From the NCBI GenBank assembly GCA_004022145.1, contig RCNU01000002.1: DNA of 64,000 bases. One strand, written 5' to 3'. This stretch comes from Paecilomyces variotii. Lineage: Eukaryota. The translations under genes and the position numbers were made by a program. A model generated the notes under the pieces. The model was given only the letters and a program-made list of their open reading frames with translations, did not search any database and was not told the origin of the DNA. Positions 1 to 14,533 of this stretch are shown piece after piece; the first letter of the stretch is position 1, and each line of letters opens with the position of its first letter.

Positions 1-297
1 ATGAATTCTCAACGGCCTCCAAAGGTCACGTCGTAACATATGTGAAGCAATATGATCGGTTATGCCGCCCTCTATAGTTCTCCCACCAGAATAGTAACAA
101 TAATAATTGCCAAAATCTGTACTCGAATCATCACGATATGTTCATAATTAACCATATTGCTCTGATTACATAACCATAGTGTTGATCACGTGCATATCGC
201 TCAACGCTTCGAGAATTGCAACACCCTCTACGTTTCCAGAGCGCAGGAGTCCTCGACGGCAGGTTTAAGACGCATTAAAGCTGCGTAATGGGCCAAG

Positions 298-1258
298 ATG
301 GGTGGGAAGGATGAAGCAATTCCAGTTTTTGGCTCAGATGTTCTCCTACCAGCTCTGAAAGCTGGGGGTTTGAGCGGTACGTTTTCCCTTGCACTTTCTT
401 TTCTTCCCTGCTCGAGAGCGGAGACCGGTTCTTGTTATGCAGCTGCATATGTATGGGATTCCATGATTGCTTTCTTCTGAATTTAAGCCATGAAATCGCA
501 GGACATGCCACTTTGATGATGCCTTAATTACTGTGTGCCTGTGGCTTTGTGACTGACTGACTAATTTATTTATTCATACAGGATCGGCTGGTCTGCTGTA
601 CGGAGGTATTTCTGGTATCCTCACCAGCTCTCCTCACCAGGTTGCCCATTCAGTGTCGCATGGAATCCATTGGTTTGCACTAGGCAGCTCATTTTGGTGT
701 AAGTACATTTTTTACTCAGGTCTTGTGTGTTTTGGGCAATATTTAAAAAAAAATTTGAAACTTAGGGTTGAGGAGTAATATTCTGAAACTCCATTTCCAG
801 AACGATGCTTCTCCGAAAGAACGTGCCTATACGAGCGCCATTTCTGGTGGGGTTGCGGGAGGTGCAGTAACGCGGCTTATGGGTAAATTGAATGATTGTA
901 TTTATGTGATATTCGAAAGAAAGTCCACTGACGAACGTACGTAGGTGGTCGCCTTGTCCCAGGTGTCGTGATCTTCTCGATGCTGGGGTATCTTGGCCAG
1001 AGTTCTTACAATGCCATTGACCGATGGCAGGCACAGCGTGCACAGGAGGGTCCATCGAAGCCCTTTCTGCAGCGGTTAGCGGACTCGAAATGGGTCCCGT
1101 TGAAGGCCCTCTCCGATGAGGACTATAAGCATATGCTGAGCGAGAAGCTACTGAACATTGAGGCAGAGATCGCGCTTATTGACGATAAGATCCAGGACCT
1201 CGAGAAGTTGAAGGCGTCCAGCTCGGAAGTGAAGGTGCCGGAATCGAGAGCGAAATAA
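298..1258 (+). CDS. Conserved fungal multi-pass membrane protein, Tim17/Tim22-like fold (4 exons)
   Basis: Splicing GT..AG introns at ~377-581, ~699-765 and ~882-944 gives MGGKDEAIPV...GLLYGGISGIL...SAISGGVAGGAVTRLMGGRLVPGVVIFSMLGYLGQ...LSDEDYKHMLSEKLL. Gly-rich TM segments plus a C-terminal coiled coil; the family call is inference. Confidence 0.6.
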
Positions 1259-2709
1259 GAAATATTACTTATTATTATTATTCCCTAGAAATAATAATCA
1301 CTTACCTGTTCAGGCATGTTGCGGGACTGCGGCGTATCCAGCGTCTCGAAATACGGTGGTGGGATAAGCGAGGCGAACAAACAATATTAAATCAATCCCT
1401 ATTGAGGACATTCGAGGCTGTACTCTATGATGCTTGGCCCCACCGCGGTCGATAGTTAGCATCCCCCTTCGTTGCGTATGTGGTGAATAAGAATTCGATG
1501 CGCGGAACTCCCGGGACCGGCGAGAGTTTAAGAGCGGGAACCTCTTGTGGAGTGGCAAGACCAACAATCTTTTTCTGATGTTGGTGATTTTTTTTATGTT
1601 GCCGGAGCCCCTGGACAATTATCGTGTTAGGAATCAGAGATCGATGTTCGGGGAGTTCCTCCTACCTTAGGCGTATCTAAATCGAGAACATCATTAACGG
1701 TCTCCCTCTTCTTATGGTGATCGTCGAGGTTAGAACAACTCCGTGTCTGCTAGTCAGGGCCTGTGGGCACGTGTCTTGGGGCTCCTGAAGGAGAAATCGT
1801 AATAATAATGCCTCCGCGACGGGCGATGTTAGTTAGTGTCGTGTCTCCGCTTTTTAGCTTCGATTCCTCGCAGTGAAAGACGGCAGCTCGGATACGGAGT
1901 ACCAAAGCATTATTATTGCAGACAAAGGACGCTGTCGTTCGATCCTACTACTGAAAACGGACTGTCCACGATAGTGTCACAGAGTTATTTAGTTACACAT
2001 CCAACAAGAATCGTATAAGTTATAATTTAATTACACGAAGCAGGCTGGGAAAGGGCTTCCCTCCAAAACGAACCACCCGATAGATAGATAATAGTTCGTG
2101 TCCGGATCGCCCATTCCGACCGACGGATTGGCCCAACAGCACACGACGGACCGGGACCCGGCGCCAGGGTGAACGAACAAGCCTCTCTGCCGTTCTGGAA
2201 GCGCTGCTGGAGGGGACAAGAAGACGGAGAAGGGACTCTAAGAGAGGCTTGGTCAGGCTTGGTCCGCAGTTGGTCCGCATTCTGTCCTCTCTGAAGTCAC
2301 TGAGTCTAATTTACCTGTCTGGCCTAAAAACCAGTAATATACCTCTCCCAACCGATCTCCGTTTCCCAACCCATTCCTGTTGGAACGGCCGTGCCTTGCA
2401 GTGGAGGAAAAACAAGGGCAAATAATACAGAGACAAAAAGAAGTTGACACGCAGCATGAAAGGTTCACGACAGCTACGTTTCTCTCCCGACGCTTCGCAT
2501 CCGGGCGCGCAAGCCAGAGCCAACTGAACCCTGAGCCACCGGCGGCAGCATCGCGATTACGGCTTGTCCGGCTCATGCGGTCGATGCAGCCATAACAACA
2601 GACTTTATATCAATTGCAGCGGGGGATCGAGGCGGTTGCTATCGTTTAGATGCTTTGAACGGCATCTGGCCGTGAAGCGGAGTGAACCGGTCGTGGCCAC
2701 GCAGGCAAG

Positions 2710-5700
2710 ATGACTTTCTTCAGCCCGACGACGCTGGTGGTCGGCTTCCTGCTCCTTTACCTAGCCTCCTTCATACTATTGGCCATTATACGCATCGGGA
2801 CTGGCATTTCGATTCAGAGAGTTGGCTATTTCTCCCTCCGACGCATCGCATACGCCCCGAGGGAGGGGATACAGCTGGAAATCCGCGGGCTCGGGTTGTC
2901 ACTCCACCGTCCCTCCTTTGCTAAGCCGACATGGGTCAGCCTCCGGATAACGGACTTGAAGGTAACTTGTGACACGAAGGCGCTGGAAAGGAGTAAACAT
3001 GCAGCGCATCAGCGAGACGGATCGATATCCTCGGATCACTCGTCGGACGAGACAGATGTCAAGGACACGGGATCCGGCCGCAGTTCGCCTTCAAGGTCGC
3101 GGAGTAAGACGTGGAAGACATTGACCAAGGTGAAGGAGCGGATCAAACGGGTCCACAGACAGATACATTGGTTGAAGATGGTCGATGTCGTGGCAGCGAA
3201 CACCACGATCCACTTTACGGAGGCCGGTTATATTCAGGTTGGCTATCTCACGATGGCTGTGGATACCAGGCGCAAGATGGTGGATAGAGGGAAACTCTTT
3301 CGACACAAGAAGGATCCATCTGGGGAGCAGAGCCCTGCGGAATGGATGCTGAATGTGCGGAATATCCTGCTGGCCGTCGACGGCCACGATCCGATGGAAT
3401 TGGTGGATAATATAGGGATCAACATACACGGACTTCTCTACAAGGATCTCGAGGGTCTGAGGGACACATCGGTTGCAATCAAAATTGGAAGATTGCACGT
3501 TCCTTATGACGACCTCATGACATTGTCGAAAAAGGTGAAGCAGTCCAATTCCAACGTATCGAAGGGCGACTCCCCCGAATTGGACGGTAAAATATCTTTC
3601 GCCGATTTTGTCGAAGAGTTGGACAGGCCAGGAACTCAGGAGGATGCTATTGTCCAGACGGTAGCCGACTGCAAGGAATTCGCCAGCTCTCTGTTACGTG
3701 GTATACAAGAGTTCCAGATAGCACTGAGCTTTTTCAGGGCGTCGAGACGAATCCAGCCTGCCGTGGAGGATCAAAAGTCCATGTACCTCAATGTTGTTAC
3801 GCACGAGATTGGTGTGGACCTGCACCGAATGGATCCGGAGACCCCAGCACATCGGATGTACTTCCAACGGAATGATGTTGCTCACCAAGCCCTGCTAGCC
3901 GCGATCTCCCTGTCTGTCAGTCTGGATGACAGCTCTGGCGAAACGGATAAGATCTTGTATGTTCCAATGGCTACCACGACAATCAAAACTACACTACCTT
4001 CCAAGACCGTGAGTTTGGCCAATGAGAGTGATCCGGAGGAACGCAATACCAATGTTCTTTTCGCCAACCTTGTGGTGACATCGCCCTCTGTCGATTTGGA
4101 GCCGCAACATTGTTCTCGATTACTCGATCTAGCGCAGACACGGGCATCGTCTCGAAGGAAAAGGAATAATAATAATAATAATAACCATCGACTGATTTCG
4201 CGCCTGCTACCTAAACTGAGCATCAAGTTGTCGATCCATGAACCCGTTCTTCGATTCGTCCTACCCATCACAGAAACTGCAGGATCCGCACCCTGTGACT
4301 ACAACCTCCTCATATCTTCGATATCTTCAATGTCTATGGATATCGAGTCGTCTCACTCGACAGAGGGCGGACTCCATTATTCCTTGTCATCCATATACAG
4401 AATCACCTCCCATCAGTTCTATTACCAGACCCCCGCCGGAGTGAAGCATAACATCTTGACTACGGAGAACATGGAAATCAAAGTCCTGCTCAATGCCTCT
4501 CCCGAAGTTTGCGTTATCGCTTCAGGAAACATGAACTGCTTCTCGGTTCATATGGTTAATGATGAAGTTAATCGTGGGATTCGCCAGGTCATCGAACAAT
4601 TCCAGACCCATGTGCAGCCGAAGAAGACGATGCCCGGTGATGAAAATAAACCAAGTGTGTTAAGGAGGATACCACCGTGGCTTTTGAGATTCCAATTTGA
4701 GGCTACCGGATCGAGCTTTGAGGTCGCCGGCTTTGACTCCAGTGTCTCTGAGATAAATCGTGGCATCGCACTGCAGCTGCAGTCCTGGACTGCGGATTAT
4801 AGAGCTCAGAAACTTGAGCCGAATAGGACGCTCCCCAGACGAAGGACGTCTACTCACTCTACTGTTGGGGACGAGGCGTCTTTCCTCTTCCCTCCCACAT
4901 CACCGCCTAGAAGTTCCCGTCAGGGACAAGCTGACGGCAGACGGTTGGCATTCCATGTGCGAGGCCTCGAAGGGTTTGCGATAGAATCGGAGGACTATAT
5001 AGAACCGGATCCATTCTTTTCAATGCCTCGATTTGAAGTCGCTCTCAGCACTCACAGCGACCCTCATGGTCCTATATCGCACATCAATTCCGTGATCAAA
5101 GGGGTCTATCTTGAGTACTCGCTCTACCGATATTATTGCCTCGGGGTTGCAGGATACGTGCTACGGGACACTTTCATGCGTCCTGCGCAACAGGGTGCAG
5201 CACCTACAGGCGATTATCGGCTTCATGATTATACTCCGAAGAGTTCGGCCCAAATCCCGCTGTCGCCTTCAGCCAAAAGAGAGCTCGTCACTGTTGATGT
5301 CAGAGCGACTCTCATACAAGTTAAGGCTTCATTGCCTTCTGATCCTCCCATGATGGTGCAGATATACGGCTTCACAGCTGGTCGTCACCGCTGGACGGCT
5401 CCCTTCACAAGATGTCAACTGATTCGCCTTCATGCGGAAGCTCCTAAACTGAAAGGAGTTTGGGCGAGAATTGTCAGTATGAACAATGTGAGGCTCGATC
5501 TACGTGAGATCCGCCGAAAGCAGGGCGATATTATGCGTGAAGAACGCTCCATCGACCTGTATACGGATTTCATTCGGATAGGTGTCCCTCATCACATGAT
5601 TATGCACCGCATCTTCGACAATTGCGTCAACGCCATGAAAGCAATGAAACAGCTGAACCATCGCTTTAAAACTGGTTCGACCGAATACGTTCTGGGAAAG

Positions 5701-8700
5701 GAGCCCGAACCTCCGAAAAAGGTCCCTAAAATCTCCGTTCGGAGCAAAGCGTTATTATTTGAATTAGAAGATGACGCCTTCGAATGGAAATTGGGAACGA
5801 TATATCGAGCTGGGCTCATGGAGCAGAGGCAGCGTATCGCTCGTGAAGATGCTTACCATCTGAAGCTGAAGAGAGTGGCAGAGTCCGACCGCCGTGCTTC
5901 GTCCCGCCTGCGAACTCGGTCTAACTACGCAAAAAGCACCCAGGAGCGCACCAGCGAAGACAGCAAGAGGAGTAAGAGTGAAGATAGACGACCCAGGAGG
6001 TCTTCTTCTGAAGATCGGGGCAGGAGGGGGAGGAAATATCGCTATGATACCGAGGGCACCAGTTGCCTGAGCTCCTCCGCGCAGATAGCGGCTGATGAAG
6101 CATGGTACAAACTACAAGAGCATAATGCCCGTACCTGGAAACTCAAAATCGACTCTGCTTTGAAGTTCCAGGATACTTCGATGAGGGAGATCCGGAATCT
6201 GTTCTCTGGCGCGGATGAACCGCCCGAAGAGGCGGACGACAACGAGGTCATTTTGGCCATTCCCAATAGACCGGGGCTTATGTCCGCGCTCATCAGCGAC
6301 GTGAATCTTGTGATTGACAAACCAACGTTTCCTCTCACCGAATACGCCCAATTTCTTCACAAGATAGGGAAAGGCATGCCGACGGACATGAAGTATTCCC
6401 TGCTGATTCCAATGGGTATCCGGTTAGACATGGGTGAGGCTCGAGTCAGCTTAAGAGACTACCCGCTCGATCTTTTGCATATCCCAGCGCTGCGCCCTGG
6501 GCAGTCGCCTCGACTACCAAGTTGGTCTCTGAAAACCAATCTCGTTATCGCTGAAGAATTCCGCGACGAGCAATCCGCAAGGCACGTGCAGGTAGAGATC
6601 GTGCCTGCGAGCACCATGCCTGATGGTTCCACAAATCCTGCCTTTTGTCTCGACGTGCGGCGAACGGTCTCACCGGTCAAGACGTACTCAGAGCCAATAT
6701 TTGAGATTAACACGAGTCTTCCCACGAGCATTTCCTGGGGTATGTCATATCAACCTGTGATACAGGACATGATGAAGATCATTGAGGGCTTCACCAAGCC
6801 CGAGATCGATCCTTCGGATCGAGTTGGATTTTGGGACAAGATCCGAATGAGCTTCCACTCAGCTATCAGTGTGGTATGGAAGGGCGATGGCGACGTTCAT
6901 TTCAGGCTGAAAGGATCCCGTGATCCATATGTCGTCACAGGTTTCGGTGCTGGATTTGTGATGTGCTGGCGAAAGGATGTGCAATGGAACATCCACCAGA
7001 CCGATGACCCACGGGAGTTTATGAGTGTCACTAGCGGAGAATACGTGCTCGCAGTTCCGGATTACAGCCACGAAGCACGTAGCTCCTTGGAATCTCCAAT
7101 GGACGACGGCGATAGTGAGTCGTCTTCTACTGATGTGAAAAATACCGCTTTCTTCAAAAAGGTCGTTATGAAGCTGTCAGGAAACGTTCGATGGCTGGCA
7201 GGGTTAGTTTTTGAGCGCGATCTGGATAATGGTGTCCGATCGTTCCAGTTCAAGCCTCATTACGAGGTTGTCCTCCGCAATCCGATATACGTACCGGAAT
7301 CGGATCGACAGGTGAGTCGCCCATGCCAAATAAGTATGGGCGGGTGCTAACATCGAATAGGACTATGATGCGTATAAGGGCTTCCGAAGCAACCATATTC
7401 ACTTGTCAATCGCTGTCGAGGCCCCGAATACAAGAGAATGGGTTGTTGGATCCCCTGAGTCATCGACGAGTTATAACACGGTTCATTTGACTCCACGGTT
7501 TTTCACGCACTTCTTCAATTGGTGGTCACTCTTCTCTGGAGTCATGTCCCTGCCTGTTCGTCAAGGTCCTCTTTGGCCCGGAATCACCAAGACAAGCAAG
7601 AAGTTTAGTCGACACCTCGCCACAGTGAAGTACAAGCTTCTTTTCGCTCCGTTGTTTGTGGCTCACATCTACAAACATAAAGACCAAGAGGATTACAGCG
7701 AAGATGTGGTGACTGCGACGGGCATAAAGGTTCGCCTTGATAGCTTCAGACTCGACGTGCACCAGAGGCGTGAGCAGATCAGAACGATGATGAAAGGGCG
7801 CTCGAAGCAGACAAAAGCTAGTGCAATGCGGATCAACCAGACCCAACTTGACTTCCTGAGGGCCGATTTCCGGGCCGTTTCCTCGAGCATCGAAGGCACA
7901 AACCCTGAGGACATTCAAAAGAACACCGACGATGTCATCTCCACTTTCCAGCAGCCTGTCGCGTCGATAGATCTATCTCGTTTCACGATCCCGGATCAGA
8001 ACATGGATTGGATTGATATGGATGACTTTGTTGAGCTGGACTGGATTCTGCCCCAAGAGTCCAACCCTCGGACGCAAATCTTGCCCCTTGCATTCGCACC
8101 CCGATTCACATATCTGCGCCAAACAGACCACGGGCAGGCCGATTCCGAACAGACTGGATTCAGTCCTTTTGGAGACGAGCCGACGCATGAGTGTGTCATT
8201 TCGCAAGACAATGACCCACGACGTGTGCAAATGGAGCTAGTCAAAGAACGCTTAGCTGTCCTTGAAAGGCAATCTGCCAAGTTTGACCAGACTCTTCGCG
8301 AACAGGAAGAGGAACTGCGTGAGCACCTGGATGATCCCGAGGTCAGAGCCAAGCGCGATCTTCTTATCAGGCAGGCTGAATCACTGGCCCGGAGACGCAA
8401 ATTCCTAGGCGGTGGTCTTCGTCGTCTCGAGAGGCAATTGACCGGTCAAGATTCAGTTTCAGACTTCGAGTTTGGAAGCCAGAATCGTGAAAATCCGTCA
8501 TTTAGGACCGGGGAGAACTCCGAGTCAATGGGCAATGGGGACGATCCCGAAATTGCGGGCCTCTACTCTTCTCCCAACGACGATTTGGCCACTGATTTCA
8601 ACAACCGTTTTATAATCCATAATATCCAGCTCAAATGGAACAACTCGCTGAGGAACATCATCCTCCGCTATGGACACCAGGTCAGCCAGAGACGAGGTTT

Positions 8701-11636
8701 CGTATATTACATGTCGCGAAGGGCCGTCAAGTTTATTCTTGACATCGTCGAAGAACAGAACAAGGCCAAGAAGAAGGGTCCAGGATCATTCACAGATACA
8801 TCGCCATCGATCTATGAGGACCTAAACAACACAGAGAAAGATGACGATGGCAGTGTTGAAGATCGCATAGAACAGCTCCTTAATGATGCCAAGCGCTATG
8901 TGAACGCCGATGACAGTGAGACCAGTTCAAGAAAAGAGTCTCGAAAGCGTACAGGATCGGCAGACTTTAGCGACAAGATTGCTCCAGAATTCACGGCGCA
9001 GAATAGCTATCACTTGCGCCTTATAGCTCCTCAGATCCAGCTTCAAAGTGAAAAGAACCCGAAGTCTGTTGCGCTGATAGCTGCCAAAGGCATGCAATTG
9101 AAGGTGGTGTCTATCATGGATAAGCAGCGCGTGGGTGACGATGTCAGCGGCCTCATCCAACGCCGTTTCTCTCTTGACATGGATGGCGCTCAATTCTTTG
9201 TGGCAACGCAGAAGAATCTGATAGCACATCTGCAATTCTACGCCGGAAACAAATACGGGAATGCTCCTGGCTCTGCATGGCCACCGTGGATCACCCTGGA
9301 AGCAATGTTCGACTTTGAGCTCAATCCCTTCGGTTTCTCAAGAATCATCCAGAAAACCTCTGCTAGTCTGCGCTACGACAAGTACAATAATCTCCGGCTT
9401 AAGTACAATGAGGAGGTTGGCCAGGAAGGAGGCGATGAAATTAACGATGACAACAGGGAAACTCGAATGGACCAGATCCTCGTCGACTTCCCTCGCGTTA
9501 GAGCAATCTGTGATTCTGCGGAGTATTACTCCATGTACATCATTGTCCTTGATTTGTTGCTCTACAGTGAACCGCTGGAGAAAGTGCGGAATGAGCGCTT
9601 GGAGAAGATCATGCTTGCATCCGACTTTAGCGATCTGAGAGGTGCCCCGGAGATGGTTAGCAAGCTTCAGGAACGCATTCGACGTCTCGAGGAGATCAAA
9701 GAACATTTCCAGGTGCAGGCCAAATACCTGGACAGGCAAGGCTGGGAAGACCGGATGACACTGGAGAGAGACCTGACGCACTGCGAAGACGAGCTGTTCT
9801 TCATCATGAAAGCCATCACTACCTCGCAGAGGAGAAACGAAGACCGGAGTGGATCGGGGACGAACGGTCTTCTGCGTTGGAACATTTCCGCGTCTGAGGT
9901 GGTGTGGCATCTGATGAAGGATCCGACCGAGCCTCTGGTCGAATTCCAGCTGCGGGATGCGACATATGAGCGCACAGACAATAGCGACGGCTCAAATCAC
10001 AATCTGATCAAGATCCAGAGGCTCTACGGTCTGAATCTGCTGCCCGATGCACTGTATCCTCAGATGATTGTCCCTTACCTTGACCAGAATCGGCGTTTGG
10101 AAGGACCCGACTCAAATATGCTAAAGGTCGAATGGTATATGCTGGAAGCAGTCGCTGGTATCCCGGTTCTGGATGACTTCGAGGTCACGCTCTTCCCACT
10201 CAAGATACAATTAGAAAGAGACACGGGCCAGAAGCTGTTCGAGTACATCTTCCCTGGGGTAGGTGGTAATGCATTTGAGAACGGCGGATTCTCTCCATTT
10301 ATGATCCCGAACACGAACCCTCTGGACGACGATAGCGAGAATGAGCAAGAGACGCGTGAATCGTCTCCAACCGAGCAAAGCAATGACAATACGTCCGGAG
10401 AAGAATCGCAACACTCGACCGGACCTGGAGCTATCCAGTTGCGCTTGCAACCGACTCTCTCTTTCCCAGATCAGAGGAGGCAAGCCCCGCGATCAAACAG
10501 ACACAGAGGCCTTATGATGACGCCCTTACACAAGGACAGCAACCGCCTAGGGCCCACAGATGGAGTTGAGGCCGTCAATCGCCCGTCAACGGGTCACTCA
10601 ATGCTCAAGAAGAAGTCCGTGGATAGCCTACGTATGTTGGCTCGTCAGCCTACAAATAAGTCAGCATCGAACATTTCCGCTAGCGGTGCCAGTGAAGACA
10701 AAGAGAGAGAGAAAGAGAGAGCCAAGAAATTTACACTTGGTCGAGCGAACAGGAGTAAATCCAATGCGGCAGATGACATTTCACAGATGATGTCTCGTGC
10801 CTCAAACTACATGACACTGGCCCATGTGAAGATCAATGACGTGATCCTCTGCTTGAGCTACAAGGGCAAAGGAGGACGCAACATTGAAGACGTCCATGAT
10901 TTCGTTTTCCGTTTGCCTGTCCTGGAGTATCGCAACAAGACATGGTCAAACCTCGATCTGGCTCTACGACTCAAGAAGGATGTCATGAGGGCTCTGATCT
11001 CGCACGCACCTGCAATTCTCGGTAATAAATTCTCGCACCATCGACCTTCCAAACAGCAACAGAAGCGGCTTCGGGAGCTTGCGACTTCGTCCCAGGTTCT
11101 GCCGAATTCGGACAGCGTCATCAATCCGCCATCAGATGAGCCGCGGAGCATTGCTAGTCGCGATTCAACCAGCGAGCTTTCCGAATCTCCGTCGCGAAAG
11201 TCCTTCAATTCCAATGCTTCTCCTCTGGCACGTTCTACTTCTCTCGACTCGAGCATTCAGGGCTCCCATGACCACAGCATCCGCGGTTCTCACGAGCCGA
11301 ACATTGTGGTATCTGACTCTCGCTCTGCGAGCGAAGTCGATGTGGACAGGCACTCCCAGGTGCGTTTTCTGTTACTCTACTGTCTCTGATGTCCTCGGAA
11401 CTAACTGTCAAACAGCATAGTAACAGTTTCATGCACAACACCCTTACTAGGCATCTCACTTCGTCGGAGTTTTCGTCCCGCGAAGCCGACGCGGATGAAG
11501 ACAACGATAGGTACGTAGAACATGACACCTAGAGCATCTCGTCTCGTGTCACATCGACTGACTCTCTTACAGTCCTAAGAAAGGCTTCCGCAATTTCGGC
11601 CGAAGGCTCCTGTCCTCGCGGGGCGGCGATCGATGA
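2710..11636 (+). CDS. FMP27: Fmp27/Hobbit/BLTP2 (APT1/KIP/SABRE family) bridge-like lipid transfer protein, ~2900 aa
   Basis: ORFs 2710-7350 and 7403-11389 are joined by intron 7312-7360 (GTGAGT..GCTAAC..TAG); further introns 11360-11415 and ~11511-11572. N-terminal TM helix, GFWDK motif (VGFWDKIR), WPPW motif (SAWPPWIT), and an APT1-like C-terminus (LEYRNKTWSNLDLALRLKKDV). Confidence 0.92.
4166..4185 (+). repeat. (AAT)n microsatellite inside FMP27 encoding a poly-Asn tract
   Basis: aataataataataataataa, translated NNNNNNN. Confidence 0.9.
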
Positions 11637-12897
11637 TCCTGAGCACACTCCTCACCGAATTCCTCTTTGCCAGATTCCACTGTACGACATTGCATAATCC
11701 GATTCATATATACGACTCGTTATAGACAGCATTGCCCGGAGTTCGTCACATTTTCCCTTTGGAATCTATGCTATACATATTCCTTGAAATACCCCCAGCC
11801 TCTGGCGCTTGTGGTGTTTGGCCGGTGCAACGGGAGGCTAATGCTCTTTTGTCTTTCTCGTCTACTACCCAGAAATCCTAATCATTCGCAAATGTGTTGT
11901 TTTGAGCGACTTCTTTTCTGAATTCCAGCCAATGGGAGTCAATCATCACCGATGCCGTACGAAAGGTGTCTTGATGCCTCAATACCTCATCGTTGATTTC
12001 TTGTGTATTTATTTTTCCGTTCGTTTCTCAGCGTTGTCTTACATTTTCGCATGTTCTTCTATTGTGTTCCATTGTCGACTTTGAAAGGAAGCGTGGGGGG
12101 TTCAACATGACATTTATGGTGAAGCGAACTTGGTATCCTTCCTGGATATTTTAACTTCCTGTCTTTCAATATATATCTGATCGTGTTTTTCTTTTCCATT
12201 TTTGTGTACAAATTTCGTTTGTGTATTATTGTAATTGCCACCCGATGAGGAGTGGGAAAGGAAAGCGGCGAACAAAGAGGGGTTATGAATGAGTTTCCAC
12301 ATGGATATAGAGAGGATTTGGGTTATTTTGAGAATACATACGTTATTTATTTTCTGTTGATTCGTTTCTAGTTAGACGTGGAGTAGATTCGTCCATATAC
12401 AGTAACAAACAAAACCCCACAAGAATCCCCATGGCGAAAAGCGGATGTTAGCCTAACGGGTTAGTACAGCTCTAGCTATAAGTAGATGGCCTGGTTTCCA
12501 GCCATGTTCCATAGGATAACTCGCTCCCATCGACCACTCTCCAGGACGGTCCGGTCAGAAGATGCGAGAAAAGACAACATTCACACTATCGGCGGGGGCA
12601 AAACAGAGCCTGCCACGACAGTCCGTTGCTTTGAACTGATCGGCTGGGCCATATGACGCGAATGACGCGGGTTTGCCGCCGCTCAGCGGCGAGAGTTGCG
12701 AAGGGAGCTTCAACCTAGATCATGGTGCTTGTTCACAGCTGCCACCGCGTTTCTTTCCTGCGCTGAATTCTCTCCGGACACTTCTCTAGATCGATATCGC
12801 AACGGACATAAAATACCGTGGCTTTTCCCGTTGATCCTTCCTGTGTCGCTGCTATCATCATAGGGCGGAGGCCGATAGCCTCCTCCTCCAGCTCGTC

Positions 12898-14533
12898 ATG
12901 GCGAACCGGGTGCTGACGGCTCTGGTCTCCGTTCTGTTCTTCGCATACGGGTTATTCACTTTGTCCCCGTATGCATCCAAAGCTCTCCTGTCTGGACGAG
13001 CCTTCTCGCGCGCGTCTGAGAAGGAGGTCAATGAGTTGAAACTAGGTACGATCACGTTGTTGTGATCTTTCTGCCTACGTCACTAGCGAAATCTCGTTTG
13101 AATCAAGGAATCAACTACGACTAGCTATGTTTGGAGAGTCATGAGAGCTTGCTAATTGTCCGTCGAGTAATTTCAGCCAGGGATCGATTTTGGAATCTGT
13201 CAAAGGGATTCTGCGGTCTCTCGCACCAATTCCTGACCCTCCGCAGTGGCTTCAAGTTCCATTACCTCACGAGCGTCGTACCTGGCAGTGCTACGGCGGC
13301 CCGTTCGAAGAAGCCACTGGTCATCCTAATCCATGGCTTCCCAGATAGTTGGGCGGTATGGCGCCATATCGTATCTTCCCCTGCTATCCACGAATCGAGC
13401 ATCTTGGTTGCTGTTGACTTGCCGGGATATGGTGGGACTGACGGTCTGGACGAATATTCGGCGACAAACGTGTTGGAGAGCTTGACAGAATTCATCATCT
13501 CTCTCAGGGAGCAGTATGGGATCGAAACACCCGTGGATTCAAAGCCGCTAAGAAGAGTCATCATTGTTGGCCATGACTGGGGTTGCGTCCTGGCGATGCG
13601 CCTGGCGGCGGAAGCACCCCAGGTAGCTGACAGATTCATTCTTACCAATGGGCCATTGGTAGGTGTTGCAGCTATTACTCCTCAGATATACTGTTGCTAA
13701 TCATTTTCTCACTCCAGCCTGGCCTTGTCGTCTCGAATGTGCGACGCTTGCTTTCATCGGCCTTTAAGATGTTCAAGACGGCGTTGAACTCGCCACTCCG
13801 CTCCCGATCGACGTTTGCCAAAGCGCTCAAGACGGTCAGCCCTGTGTTCCGCCAGCTTCGTTTGTCAGGATATATCTTTGTCATGAGATTGCCCATATCC
13901 TTTGTCCGCTTCCTGGGATACGCAGGGGATTACGCATTCCTCAAGCGCGTCCACACGATCGCCCACGGTGAAGAAGGACTGTATACGGATCGTGACGCTG
14001 CCGAATCCATGGCCAGCACGTTAGGTCCCTCCGCGGAAGAATGTAAAACAACAACTCCGCAGGGAGAGTCATACCCACTCTCCGTCAAGAAGGAGCGCGT
14101 GCTGGGCAACTTCGAGCACATGGCCAGATATTACAGAGAGGGAGCTACTTTAGGGTCCTGGAATAAGTCTCTCGAGACCATTGCTTCTCTGCACAGTATC
14201 AATCGTGGTAGTGAACTACGACGAAGCACCACTGGGAAGGGATTATTCGACGATGGACCTGACGGAGTCCTCAAGTCACCGGCGACCATCATCTGGGGCC
14301 AGAAAGATACCGCGCTGGAGCCTCATTTGTGTCTGGACGGAATCTCGGACTACCTTGACTCGAACAGCCAGGTCATTATGCTTCCACGGACGGGCCACTT
14401 CACACCAATCGAGAGGGAAAGCCGTGATGCCTTGGAACTGGCCATCGAATGGGCCGCTCAGGGTGATAGCGAAGATATCGGCTCGGTGATCGCGATCAGT
14501 TATCCTGGCGCAATGGTTACGGCGCGGAAGTGA
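12898..14533 (+). CDS. Alpha/beta hydrolase, epoxide-hydrolase-like, with N-terminal hydrophobic anchor (3 exons)
   Basis: ATG 12898 (MANRVLTALVSVLFFAYGLF); introns ~13046-13176 and ~13659-13717. HGFP oxyanion motif, DLPGYG, nucleophile GHDWG, WGQKD and catalytic His in TGHF. Confidence 0.88.

Noticed and set aside
7311-7403. Apparent split or frameshift of FMP27 into two ORFs (pseudogene)
   Set aside because: Fully explained by a canonical 49-nt intron that restores the frame.
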